From an uncultured Actinomycetes bacterium (GTDB taxonomy: Bacteria; Actinomycetota; Thermoleophilia; RBG-16-64-13): DNA of 64,000 nucleotides. The translations under genes and the position numbers were made by a program. The stretch covers positions 512,001 to 576,000 of the forward strand of contig CAVPLM010000003.1 in NCBI GenBank assembly GCA_963706025.1. Reading direction: 5' to 3'. This document shows, piece after piece, positions 1-8,916 of this stretch; the first letter of the stretch is position 1; each line of letters opens with the position of its first letter. The notes below the pieces were generated by a model. It was not told the origin of the DNA. It saw nothing but the letters and a program-made list of their open reading frames with translations, and searched no databases.

Positions 1-314
1 ACGACTACTGGGTCGTCCGCATCCACCCTGAAGACGCGCAGGCTCGGGGTATCAAGCAGGGCGACGTCGTCAAGCTCTACAACGACCGGGCGTCCGTCCT
101 GGGCGTCGCCCAGGTGACCGAGAGGACCAGGCCTGGGGTGGTCCACTCGTACGAGGGATCGGCCAGATACGACCCGCTGGAGCCCGGCAAGGCCGGGAGC
201 ACAGACAGGGGCGGCTGCGTGAACCTGCTCACTCCCTCGCGGATGCTCTCCAAGAACGTCCCCGGGATGGCGCCCAACTCGTGCCTGATCGAGATCGCCA
301 GATGGGAGGCCTGA
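1..314 (+). CDS. 3' end (partial) of molybdopterin oxidoreductase large subunit, pyrogallol hydroxytransferase AthL-like
   Basis: Frame starting at base 3 reads DYWVVRIHPEDAQARGIKQGDVVKLYNDR...VHSYEGSARYDPL...DRGGCVNLLTP...NSCLIEIARWEA*. This is a molybdopterin dinucleotide-binding domain closely resembling the AthL C-terminus. Truncated by the window edge. Confidence 0.85.
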   Translation, partial: DYWVVRIHPEDAQARGIKQGDVVKLYNDRASVLGVAQVTERTRPGVVHSYEGSARYDPLEPGKAGSTDRGGCVNLLTPSRMLSKNVPGMAPNSCLIEIARWEA

Positions 315-315
315 G

Positions 316-1147
316 ATGACCAGGTACGGAATGGTGGTGAATGTCGCCCGCTGCATCGGCTGCTACAACTGCTTCATCACCTGCAAGGACGAGCACTGCG
401 GGAACGACCATCTGCCCTATGCGGCGGCCCAGCCCATGACCGGCCACACCTGGATGCGGGTCGTGGAGACGGAGCGGGGGCGGTTCCCCAAGCTCAAGGT
501 GGACTACACGGCCATCCCCTGCATGCATTGCGACGATCCTCCTTGCGTGGCCGCGGCTCGAGACGGCGCCGCCTACCTGCGGGACGACGGCATCGTGCTC
601 ATCGATCCGGCGAAGGCGGCCGGGCAGCACGAGCTGGTGCGCAGCTGCCCCTACCGGGTCATCTACTGGAACGAGGAAGCTCAGGTACCCCAGAAGTGCA
701 CCCTGTGCGCCCATCTTCTGGACGCCGGCTGGAAAGAGCCTCGCTGCGTCGAGGCCTGTCCCACCGGCGCCCTGGTCTTCGGGGACCTGGACGATCCCGG
801 CAGCGCGGTATCCCTGCTGGTGGCCTCGGGCCAGACCGAGGTGCTCCATCCCGAATACGAGCTGGGCGAGAAGGTCCGCTACCTGGGCCTGCCCAAGAGC
901 TTCGTGGCCGGGGCCGTGGTGTTCGGCGACACCGACGAGTGCGCCGTGGGAGTCGACGTCACCCTGGAGGGGCGCGGCGGAAAGAGACGGCGCGACCGAC
1001 GCCTACGGCGACTTCGAGTTCGAGGGCCTGCCTGCGGACACCGCCTTCACGGTGAGGATCGCGAGCCCCGGCTATCAGGAGAAGGCGATCGCGGTAAAGA
1101 CCAATACCTCCGTCTATCTGGGGGATGTCGTCCTGACGCAGGCCTAG
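316..1147 (+). CDS. 4Fe-4S small subunit (BthL-like) with C-terminal beta-sandwich domain; apparent frameshift near 985
   Basis: Cys motifs CIGCYNCFITC, CMHCDDPPC and KCTLCAH..RCVEACP. After about 990 another frame continues TDAYGDFEFEGLPADTAFTVRIASPGYQEKAIAVKTNTSVYLGDVVLTQA* (TAG 1145-1147), homologous to the tail of the paralog at 3910-4735. Confidence 0.85.
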
Positions 1148-1196
1148 TTCGTCCCCGCCCACTAAGCATTCTGATTGCGGCGGACATGCGGACAAT

Positions 1197-1313
1197 AGCA
1201 AGAGCGAGCGGGAGGATTTGAGCGCCAGAGAGAAGGCGATCCTGACGGACCTGGCTCATCAGGCCAGGTCAGAAGCTCTCGCGTGGGCGAGAAAGAAGGA
1301 AGAAGGAACATGA
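1197..1313 (+). pseudogene. C-terminal remnant of a RelE/HigB-like toxin
   Basis: Reads SKSEREDLSAREKAILTDLAHQARSEALAWARKKEEGT*. Its TGA overlaps the antitoxin ATG (ATGA, 1310-1313). There is no in-frame start codon back to the preceding gene's stop. Confidence 0.55.
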
Positions 1314-1687
1314 CGGACGACAGCGCGACTATCTTCGAAGAACTGAAGGCCGGTCTGGAGGACAGCATCGCGTTCTCTCGTGGAGAGCTCTCCTTGGTCA
1401 CGACCGCCATGCCGGCTCCACCACCCAAGACGGAACCGGCTCAGATCGCGGAACTGCGGAAGAGTCTCAAGATGTCGCAAGCTGTTTTCGCCGCGGTCAT
1501 CAACGTGTCGTCGAAAACCGTCCAGAGTTGGGAACAAGGTATCAGGCAGCCGTCTCAGGCCGCGCTTCGCATGCTGGAGGTGATCCGCGAAGACTCCACA
1601 CTGGTGGACCTCATCCTCCGTTGCGGGCCAAGGGCTGAAACCGGCGCTTCGGCGCGTCTCCCGCTCCGCCGGCGAGCGCGGGCCTGA
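1310..1687 (+). CDS. XRE-family HTH protein, HigA-like antitoxin
   Basis: IFEELKAGLEDSIAF N-terminus plus HTH (IAELRKSLKMSQAVFAAVINVSSKTVQSWEQGIRQPS). AAGGA RBS before ATG 1310. Confidence 0.85.
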   Translation: MTDDSATIFEELKAGLEDSIAFSRGELSLVTTAMPAPPPKTEPAQIAELRKSLKMSQAVFAAVINVSSKTVQSWEQGIRQPSQAALRMLEVIREDSTLVDLILRCGPRAETGASARLPLRRRARA

Positions 1688-1691
1688 GTCC

Positions 1692-1719
1692 GGCTTCTCG
1701 CGGAGCTTCGCGAGTAGCC
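1692..1719. terminator. GC-rich hairpin between convergent genes
   Basis: GGCT-T-CTCGCGG...TTCGCGAG-T-AGCC inverted repeat; no U-tract. Confidence 0.45.
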
Positions 1720-1746
1720 AGAGGGGAGCCTACGTCACCTATGCCG

Positions 1747-3822
1747 CTAGATCGCGTTGCCGATACGCCAGCCGGCCGCGGTCGCGTCGGGGATAAGGCC
1801 GGGGTCCTCGCAGTCGCCGATGGCGTAGATCTCCGGCACCTTTCCTTCAAGGCTCTCGGCCAGGGCCGTGCTCGCCGCGAAGGGCAGCGCACATATGACG
1901 CTGTCGGCCTCGATGGTCCGCGTCTCGCCCTCCTTGGTGACCAGGGTCAGCCCCTTGTCGGTGATCTCAACGAGCTTCACGCCCGCCAGTCGCTCGACGC
2001 CCTTCTTGTCGAACCAGTAGAAGAGGCGGGTCCTTCTCTCCGGGTACATCCCACTGCCGAGCTCTTCCCCGGTGTCGACGATCGTCACCTGCCTGCCCCG
2101 CTTCGTCAGGAACTCTCCCAACTGGCAGCCCTGGATGGCTCCCCCGATGATCACCGCGCTCTTGCCAACCGGCATCCAGTAACGGGTCAGGTCTCTCAGC
2201 GTCTTGGGACCGAGGATCCAGAGATAGAACCTTAGAGTCCCGTACAGGTCGTCGCTCCTGATGACGTTCCGTCCCTCGACCCCCGGGACGTCCGGCAGCG
2301 TGGGAGAGCCTCCGGCCGCTACGATGACCACGTCGGGCTTGGCCTCCGCGATGGCCGCGGCGTCGAACTCCTTGCCCAGTTGGACGTCGACCCCCAGCTT
2401 CCTGACCTGCCTCCTGAAGAACCAGATCACCTCGCGCACGTCTTCGACCTCGGACCCCTTGACCAGGGCAGCCAGAGACATTGACCCGCCGAGGTATTTG
2501 CCTTTTTCCCACAGGCTGACGGTATGTCCTCGCAGCGCGGCTACCCTGGCCGCCTGCATCCCCGCCGGCCCCCCACCGATAACGAGCACCTGCTTCTTCG
2601 CGGCGGTGGGCGCCGGCTCATAGGAATCGGTCCCGAAACAGGCATTGATGCGGCAGTGACGCGGCTCGTTATACGTGCTGCTGCAGTGGCCGCACTTGGT
2701 GCACGGTTGGATATCGGTGGATCGGCCCGTGCGCACCTTGTTGGGATACTCGGGGTCGGCGAAGATACGGCGATTGAAGCCGATCAGATCGGCCTTGCCC
2801 TCTTTGAGCACCTGCTCGCCCGAGTCCGCGTCGAAGCCACACACCGTCATGACGGGGATGGAGACCACCTGCTTGATGGCCGCCGCCAGCGGTACGTTGC
2901 AGAGGGCTCCCTTGTGAGTCCAGTCCATCTCCTTTGGGAACTCGCTCAAGGGGATGTGCGGTTCGGGATAGAAGAGGGTGTCGCTCAGATACGAGCCCTG
3001 GTGCATGCCCACCCAGTGCGAGCGCACGTGCAGGGAATCGACCCCGGCGCCCTGGTAGATCCGGGCCAGCTCCTTGTTCTCCTCAAGGCTGAGACCCAGT
3101 TCGCCGACCCCGGCCTCGATACCGTTCATGAACACCTGTATCGCGAAGTCGGGCCCGACGCGTTTCCTGACGGCCTCGATGGTATCGAGCACGAAACGCG
3201 TCCGGTTCTCCATGCTTTGCGGCCCATAGATGTCGTCGCGCCGGTTCCAGAAGCGCGACAGGAAGCTGTCGAAGAGGTGGTCCGCCCCCGTATGGATCTC
3301 GATGCCGTCGAAGCCTGCATCGGCCAGCCGGCCCGCGGCGGCGGCGTATCGCTCGACCAGCTCCTCGATCTCGGCGATGGTCAGCTGCTCGGGCGGCTCT
3401 TCCTCGTGGACGTCGAACATGGACGGGAAGGTCACGGGCGACGCGGCAACCCTCTTCGCAATCGTGTGGTAGACGCCGCCCCAGGGGCCGCGATGGTAGA
3501 ACTGCATGAACGCGGGACAACCGCCCTTGTGGATCTCGGCGGCAAGGTCGCTGATATCTTTCATGTACTTGTCGTCGTCGACGCGGAGGCGGCGGTCACC
3601 CTCTTCGGCCAGCGGCCATTCCATCGCGGGAGTCTCGACGACGATCAGTCCCGCCCCGCCCCGAGCCACCGCTCCGTAGAACGCCTTGGCGATGTCGCCG
3701 AAGCGGCGCTCGCCGGAGTCGAAGAAGTACGTCTGGGCCGCGGTCTTGACGATCCTGTTCTTCAGCTGCACCTTGCCGATGTTGATTGGCGAAAAGAGGT
3801 GCTCGTAGCGGAAACGCGCCAT
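1747..3822 (-). CDS. NADH:flavin oxidoreductase (Old Yellow Enzyme / 2,4-dienoyl-CoA reductase-like, FMN + Fe-S + FAD)
   Basis: LFSPINIG..LKNRIV N-terminus, AGFDGIEIH, NRRDDIYG, CTKCGHC..C cluster motif, and IGGGPAG Rossmann motif. Confidence 0.9.
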   Translation of the reverse strand: MARFRYEHLFSPINIGKVQLKNRIVKTAAQTYFFDSGERRFGDIAKAFYGAVARGGAGLIVVETPAMEWPLAEEGDRRLRVDDDKYMKDISDLAAEIHKGGCPAFMQFYHRGPWGGVYHTIAKRVAASPVTFPSMFDVHEEEPPEQLTIAEIEELVERYAAAAGRLADAGFDGIEIHTGADHLFDSFLSRFWNRRDDIYGPQSMENRTRFVLDTIEAVRKRVGPDFAIQVFMNGIEAGVGELGLSLEENKELARIYQGAGVDSLHVRSHWVGMHQGSYLSDTLFYPEPHIPLSEFPKEMDWTHKGALCNVPLAAAIKQVVSIPVMTVCGFDADSGEQVLKEGKADLIGFNRRIFADPEYPNKVRTGRSTDIQPCTKCGHCSSTYNEPRHCRINACFGTDSYEPAPTAAKKQVLVIGGGPAGMQAARVAALRGHTVSLWEKGKYLGGSMSLAALVKGSEVEDVREVIWFFRRQVRKLGVDVQLGKEFDAAAIAEAKPDVVIVAAGGSPTLPDVPGVEGRNVIRSDDLYGTLRFYLWILGPKTLRDLTRYWMPVGKSAVIIGGAIQGCQLGEFLTKRGRQVTIVDTGEELGSGMYPERRTRLFYWFDKKGVERLAGVKLVEITDKGLTLVTKEGETRTIEADSVICALPFAASTALAESLEGKVPEIYAIGDCEDPGLIPDATAAGWRIGNAI

Positions 3823-3856
3823 CAGCCGACCCCCCGGTCTTGGTTCCGTGCGTGGA

Positions 3857-3885
3857 GCCGCGGGGCGGCTCCGCCGCCCCGCGGC
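3857..3885. terminator. Perfect 13-bp intergenic stem-loop
   Basis: GCCGCGGGGCGGC-TCC-GCCGCCCCGCGGC between the Fe-S subunit gene and the OYE gene; terminator or mRNA stabiliser. Confidence 0.55.
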
Positions 3886-3909
3886 ACAGTCTCGACCCGC
3901 GGACAGCCT

Positions 3910-4735
3910 CTACGTCAGCGGGATATCTCCCAGGTTGATGTCTTGATCAGTGGTGTCCAGACCCGCGAAGCTCTTGACCTTGTCGCCGTGCTTCATCTGC
4001 AGATCGAACACCCCGTCCTTCAAACCCTCGAACCAGAAGTCCCCGTAGCTGTCGGTCTGAGCGGTGAGCTTCGCGCCGTCGGACGCCCCTGTCAAGGTGC
4101 AGGTGGCCCCGATGATGACCTCTTCCTCCACCGGGTCGTAGAGAGTACCGGCGATGAACTTCTTGGGCAGGTTGAGGTAGTAGACTCGGGGCAGAAGCGT
4201 GTCTTTCAGTTCCGGCTTCCACACCTCGGCCGTCGGCGATGAGCTCTTTGGCTTCTTCCTCGTCCATGAACCGGATGGCCAGGGTCGGGCAGGCATCGGC
4301 GCAGCGGGGCTCGGTCCAACCGTCGTCGAGCAGATGGGCGCAGCCGGTGCACTTCTGGGCTATGTTCAGGTTCTCATTGAAGAAGATCACGTTGTAGGGA
4401 CAAGCATCGACGCAGTTCTTGCAGCCGGTGCATTTGACCGGGTCGATGATGACCAGGCCGTCGTCCCGCTTGTAGAGGGCGCCGGTGATCGGGCAGGCTT
4501 CCGCGCAGGGAGCCTTGTCGCAGTGCATGCAGAGATGCGGGCGGTAGGCCACCTTCACCTTGGGTACCGTCCCTCGCACCCGCTCGGTGAGTTCGATCCA
4601 GAACTGGCCGGTATCGGGCTGGGGTTTGGCGATGGGGGTCCAGTCGTTGGCCACGTGCTCGTCTTTGCAGACGATCTGGCAGGAGTGGCAGCCATTGCAC
4701 TTGGCTATATCGATGACGAAGACTTTCTTTGCCAT
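3910..4735 (-). CDS. 4Fe-4S small subunit (BthL-like); apparent frameshift near 4235
   Basis: MAKKVFVIDIAKCNGCHSCQIVC, CMHCDKAPC, CTGCKNCVDACP and KCTGCAH..RCADACP. The C-terminal domain (TDSYGDFWFEGL) lies in ORF 3910-4296. Confidence 0.88.
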
Positions 4736-4737
4736 GA

Positions 4738-7416
4738 CTACCTCCCCTCCTGGACCCAGCCGTTGAAGCGCAGGCCGGAGGCGGGATCGTATTCGCGTGC
4801 AAACGCCTCCGGATACTCCCGCATCCACTCCTCCATCTGGGTCATGGAGACCCGCTCAACTTCGGCCAGATAGCCACTGGTGGCCTGACCGGCCGCGTGT
4901 TTTGAAGTCAACCCTTCAGGCGCGATCACGTTGATGGCCCCGCCCCGCTCGAGGGTGAAGGGGATGATGAAGTCGGCCCGGGCTCCGTGATCGATCGAGA
5001 CCACGCCCGGCATGATCCGCTCCCACACGAGAGCCCCGCAGAGCACCCCGCCTCGCTCGTTGTAGACCTTGACGATATCCCCGTTCTTGATGCCCCGTGC
5101 CGCTGCGTCGCTGGGGTGCATCCAGCAGGGCTCGTACATGTACCCGTCCCAGCCCTTGACCTTGCAGGTGAGGGCTTCTCTGGTCCAGGAGATGTCGTCG
5201 CACTGGGCGTGAGTCCTCCACCGGCCGTGATTCGACATCACGAGAAGCGGGTACGCCTTCGCCCTCGTACTGGAGATGCGCTCGTCGTGGGTGATGCCCT
5301 TCTCAATCCACTTGGGGATGGGGGGCCGTTCCTCGTCGGTGGGAAAGGCCTTCTCCAGGCTCTCGGAGTAGAACTCCAGCTTGCCGGTGGGAGTGGGTAT
5401 GGGATTGGCTACGGGGTCTTTGTAGAACTCATACAGACCGGCCGGCCATTTCTCCCAATCGGGGGCCACCGGGAGTACGCAGTACTGCTTCTCCTTGAAC
5501 TCATCCCACGGGACGACCGCGGTGAACTTCATGCCTTCGTACGTGCCCCTGATAAGTTCTTCCTCGCTGAAGCCGTCGGTGACCTCGTCGAGCAGACCGA
5601 GCTTCTTGGCCACCTCGCAGACCGCTTCGTAGTCGCTCTTCGATTCGCCGATGGGAGCGACGGCCTGATTCATGAGCACCACGCTCTGGAAGCTGTCACC
5701 CTCCCGGATGCAGGGAGAGATGTCGTTCAGTTCCAGAGTGGTGCTGGTCGGCAGGATGATGTCCGCGGAGAGCACGTCGTTCTCCAGCCAGGGATGCTGA
5801 GCCACGATGCACTCGATCTTCGGGTTCCTCACGGCTTCCATCACGTCGCTGCCGCAGTTCCAGCAAGTCGTCCGGCACGGCGTGTCCGTCCACATCATGT
5901 GGATCTCGGTGCCGCCCTTTTCCTTCTCGATGGGATAGGTGTACTTCTTGTACTGGTCGGAGGTGGGTTCCTCGTGGCCGCCCGTCCCCCAGAAATCGAC
6001 AGTCCCCTTCTTGATGGCTTCCTCGATGAGCGTCTTGGGGATCATCTGCTTGCCCCAGGCCGTGGGCGTGCCGCGGTGTGGCTTGAGCAAACGCTCGCCA
6101 TAGGGAGTAGCGGTCAGGTTCCCGAAGGGGCCCATGTGGTCGGCGCCGCCTGTGATGATGTTCTTGGGCATGCCCGTGTAGGCGATCTGCGCCTGATGGA
6201 CGCCCGGCTTGCCCAGGCCCTGCATGCCAAGGAGCACGACCTCGAGGCGGGCCGGTTCGTGCGAGTACGGCCCCCGCGCTAGGCCGCCGCCGAAGTAGTG
6301 CCCGATGGTGACGGTCTTCTTGGCCCAGTCTCTGGCGAGCGCTTTGATGGTCCACACCGGCACCCCGCATTTCGGCGAGGCCCACTTGGGCGTCTTGGGC
6401 ACGCCGTCGTCCTCGCCCATCACGTACGCCTTGATCTTGTCGAAGCCGACGGTATGGGTCCTGACGTATTCTTTGTCGAACGTGCCTTCCGTGATCCACA
6501 TGTACATGAGCGCCAACTGCAGCGCAGCGTCGGTGTTGGGAAGGATGGGGATCCACTTGTCGGCGTGGATGGCCGCGGCGTAGTTGAGGTCGGGGTTGAT
6601 GTAGACCTGCTTGATCCCGATCTCGGTCCAGAAGAAGAGCAGCCGGCTTGCAAACTGGCCCCGGAAGCCCCACGTGGTCGTTTCCGGGTCGCCCCCCCAG
6701 ACCACCACCATGTCGCTGTTCTGGCTGATGTCGTTAACGATGTTGTCGTTGGGGGCCATCATCCCGATGTAGCCCTTGCCCCAGATGTGCTTGGAGCCCC
6801 AGTACCAGCCTTCCCAGCTATCCGGGTTCCGTACTTGCTGGGTGAACCCCCCCATCTTGTCGAGGAGCAGCGTGGAACAGCCGTGAGGCGCGTGGACCAT
6901 CTTGCACTCCCCGTGCCCGTCGCCCTGCACCAGGATGGCCAGCGGCCCGTACTGCTTGTGGATGCGCCTGATCTCGTCGGCAACGAGGGTCGCGGCCTCA
7001 TCCCAGGAGACCCGCACATACTTGCTCTTGCCGCGGTTCTGCGGGTTTCTCTCCCCGTTGGGGTCCCAGTCGACCCGCTTGAGGGGGTACTTGACCCGGT
7101 TGGGGGAATACGTCCGCTTCTTGTATGCCAGGCTCCAGGGAGCCGGGACAGCTTTGTACAGAGGCTCGAGGGTCTTGCCGTTCTTCGTGATCTTCCAGGC
7201 GTTGAACGTCGCCGGGTCATACTTCGAATCCCAATGCAGGGGTCTGATCCTGACGACCCTGCCGTCTTTCACATCCACGCAGCAGGGACAGGCGCCGAAT
7301 ATGCCTCCACTCAGACCGAGCGCCTTGAGGACTGTCTTCTCCGAGCTCTTTGGAGTCTGCTCTTCTAAGCGGGACCCCTCCTGCGGGGTCGACGGTTCGC
7401 TGTTCTCTGCTGCCAC
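4738..7416 (-). CDS. Molybdopterin-dependent oxidoreductase large subunit, pyrogallol hydroxytransferase-like (DMSO reductase family)
   Basis: YSPNRVKYPLKRVDWDPNGERNPQNRGKS, NPDSWEGWYWG (Ser Mo-ligand motif as in AthL) and a C-terminal dinucleotide-binding domain. GTG 7416 follows a GGAGG RBS; no Tat signal seen. Confidence 0.9.
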   Translation of the reverse strand: MAAENSEPSTPQEGSRLEEQTPKSSEKTVLKALGLSGGIFGACPCCVDVKDGRVVRIRPLHWDSKYDPATFNAWKITKNGKTLEPLYKAVPAPWSLAYKKRTYSPNRVKYPLKRVDWDPNGERNPQNRGKSKYVRVSWDEAATLVADEIRRIHKQYGPLAILVQGDGHGECKMVHAPHGCSTLLLDKMGGFTQQVRNPDSWEGWYWGSKHIWGKGYIGMMAPNDNIVNDISQNSDMVVVWGGDPETTTWGFRGQFASRLLFFWTEIGIKQVYINPDLNYAAAIHADKWIPILPNTDAALQLALMYMWITEGTFDKEYVRTHTVGFDKIKAYVMGEDDGVPKTPKWASPKCGVPVWTIKALARDWAKKTVTIGHYFGGGLARGPYSHEPARLEVVLLGMQGLGKPGVHQAQIAYTGMPKNIITGGADHMGPFGNLTATPYGERLLKPHRGTPTAWGKQMIPKTLIEEAIKKGTVDFWGTGGHEEPTSDQYKKYTYPIEKEKGGTEIHMMWTDTPCRTTCWNCGSDVMEAVRNPKIECIVAQHPWLENDVLSADIILPTSTTLELNDISPCIREGDSFQSVVLMNQAVAPIGESKSDYEAVCEVAKKLGLLDEVTDGFSEEELIRGTYEGMKFTAVVPWDEFKEKQYCVLPVAPDWEKWPAGLYEFYKDPVANPIPTPTGKLEFYSESLEKAFPTDEERPPIPKWIEKGITHDERISSTRAKAYPLLVMSNHGRWRTHAQCDDISWTREALTCKVKGWDGYMYEPCWMHPSDAAARGIKNGDIVKVYNERGGVLCGALVWERIMPGVVSIDHGARADFIIPFTLERGGAINVIAPEGLTSKHAAGQATSGYLAEVERVSMTQMEEWMREYPEAFAREYDPASGLRFNGWVQEGR

Positions 7417-7652
7417 TTGATTCGTCCTCCTCAGTCGGTCAGATTGATCTCGACCAGAGCCCGACATACGGGCTAGTTACCATGATAGTCGTACTCAGAA
7501 GTAGGGGAGGCACTTCGCCACAACTATTCATGGCTGACGGGAAATATTACAGCAACGCATAGATGCCTCGGGTGCAGATCATCTACAGGGGGCCCCTCCT
7601 TCATTCTGGTTGTGTCCCAGCGGGGCCGGCCCGTCCGTCGCGGGCGAGCCTA

Positions 7653-7661
7653 TGCTACATT
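7653..7661 (+). promoter_or_regulatory. Extended -10 promoter for a probable leaderless transcript
   Basis: TGcTACATT ends 6 nt before ATG 7668; no Shine-Dalgarno sequence. Confidence 0.45.
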
Positions 7662-7667
7662 CGGCCC

Positions 7668-8009
7668 ATGAAGATCATCGACAGCCCTGTCCCCCTGAGG
7701 GACCTTGCTTCGATGGCCGAGGGCGGATTCGGGGATCTCGTCAAGGCCGTAGTCGATGTGGAACGCGGCATCATGGCCGTCGACGGGGAGCTGCATTCCG
7801 ACGAAGAAGCGCTCCTCCTTGAAGATGGTTCCGAGCAGCGGCATCTGTGGGGGATCAACATCTACCCGGCTCTGGAAGGTGCAGACCGAGTCGAGTTCGA
7901 CTCCCTGATCAACGTCCGCCCGTCGCAAAGTAATCGTTCGCGCAGCATCGTCGATCCTGAGATCCGCGCTAGGATCGCCGGCATCGTGGACACTCTGGTC
8001 ATACCGTGA
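7668..8009 (+). CDS. DUF5674-family protein
   Basis: VKAVVDVERGIMAVDGELHSDEEALLLEDGS..LWGINIYP..FDSLINVRPSQSNRSR, recognised from memory of the family. Confidence 0.75.
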   Translation: MKIIDSPVPLRDLASMAEGGFGDLVKAVVDVERGIMAVDGELHSDEEALLLEDGSEQRHLWGINIYPALEGADRVEFDSLINVRPSQSNRSRSIVDPEIRARIAGIVDTLVIP

Positions 8010-8350
8010 GCCCGCAGCACCCAGGATTATCCGCCGGCCGGTGGCATACCATGCCGCTCGTCGAGCAATTGGCGAACGTGGGTAGCGAGGTGGAGCGGGC
8101 GCTTGTTTGGGCCGCTAAGGGCAATCCCGAATACAGTCGACTGGCGCTCGAACGGGGACTAGAGCTGCTGGATTTGAGCATCGCCGATCCCAAGCACTTG
8201 CACCGCCTGAAGGAATTGACGCGCTTGCGCGAGATCCTACTGGACTACTTCCTTGGTGAGAACCAATTCGGATCGACGGAAAGCAGCTGGAGAAGCTACT
8301 TCCACGCGTATGGCCTCGCGGCTGCGATCAGGAGGGAATCGATTTGGTAA
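8006..8350 (+). CDS. Conserved hypothetical alpha-helical protein, coupled to the DUF5674 gene
   Basis: 114-aa ORF with a GTGA overlap; EQLANVGSEVERAL..ERGLELLDL..ELTRLRE motifs. Confidence 0.75.
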   Translation: MSPQHPGLSAGRWHTMPLVEQLANVGSEVERALVWAAKGNPEYSRLALERGLELLDLSIADPKHLHRLKELTRLREILLDYFLGENQFGSTESSWRSYFHAYGLAAAIRRESIW

Positions 8351-8916
8351 CGCGGTGTGCCTGGGTGGGGGAAGAGCCACTCTACGTCGGGTACCACGAC
8401 GACGAGTGGGGTGTGCCCGTGCACGACGATCGACTGCTTTTCGAGTTCCTGGTGCTGGAAGGGGCCCAGGCCGGCCTGAGTTGGCTGACCATCCTCAGGA
8501 AGCGAGAGGGCTATCGAAAGGCGTTTGCCGGCTTCGATCCTGCGGCGGTAGCCGCCTTTGGCCCCGCCGACGTCGAGCGGCTGCTGGCCGATCCGGCGAT
8601 CGTGCGCAACCGGCTCAAGGTGGACTCGGCCATCAACAACGCGCGCCGGTTCCTGCAAGTGCAGGAGGAGTTCGGGAGTTTCGAGGCCTACGTTTGGGGA
8701 TTCGTCGCTGGTGAGACCATTCACAACAAGTGGCGGACTATGGCGGAGATCCCTACCAAGACTGCGGAGGCGGAGCGACTGAGCGCCGATCTCAAGCGGC
8801 GGGGCTTCCGGTTCGTAGGCCCGACCATCATGTACGCTCACATGCAGGCGACCGGCATGGTGAACGATCACACGGTCGACTGCTTCCGCTGGGGCGAACT
8901 GAAACGGGGTGGATGA
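8344..8916 (+). CDS. tag: DNA-3-methyladenine glycosylase I
   Basis: RCAW, YHDDEWGVP, LEGAQAGLSW, IVRNRLK and GMVNDHTVDC motifs. Confidence 0.95.
   Translation: MVTRCAWVGEEPLYVGYHDDEWGVPVHDDRLLFEFLVLEGAQAGLSWLTILRKREGYRKAFAGFDPAAVAAFGPADVERLLADPAIVRNRLKVDSAINNARRFLQVQEEFGSFEAYVWGFVAGETIHNKWRTMAEIPTKTAEAERLSADLKRRGFRFVGPTIMYAHMQATGMVNDHTVDCFRWGELKRGG

Noticed and set aside
2524-4242. Long antisense ORFs (also 8296-9759, 31066-32625, 34989-36758, 51867-53378)
   Set aside because: Shadows of real high-GC genes on the opposite strand, with no recognisable motifs.
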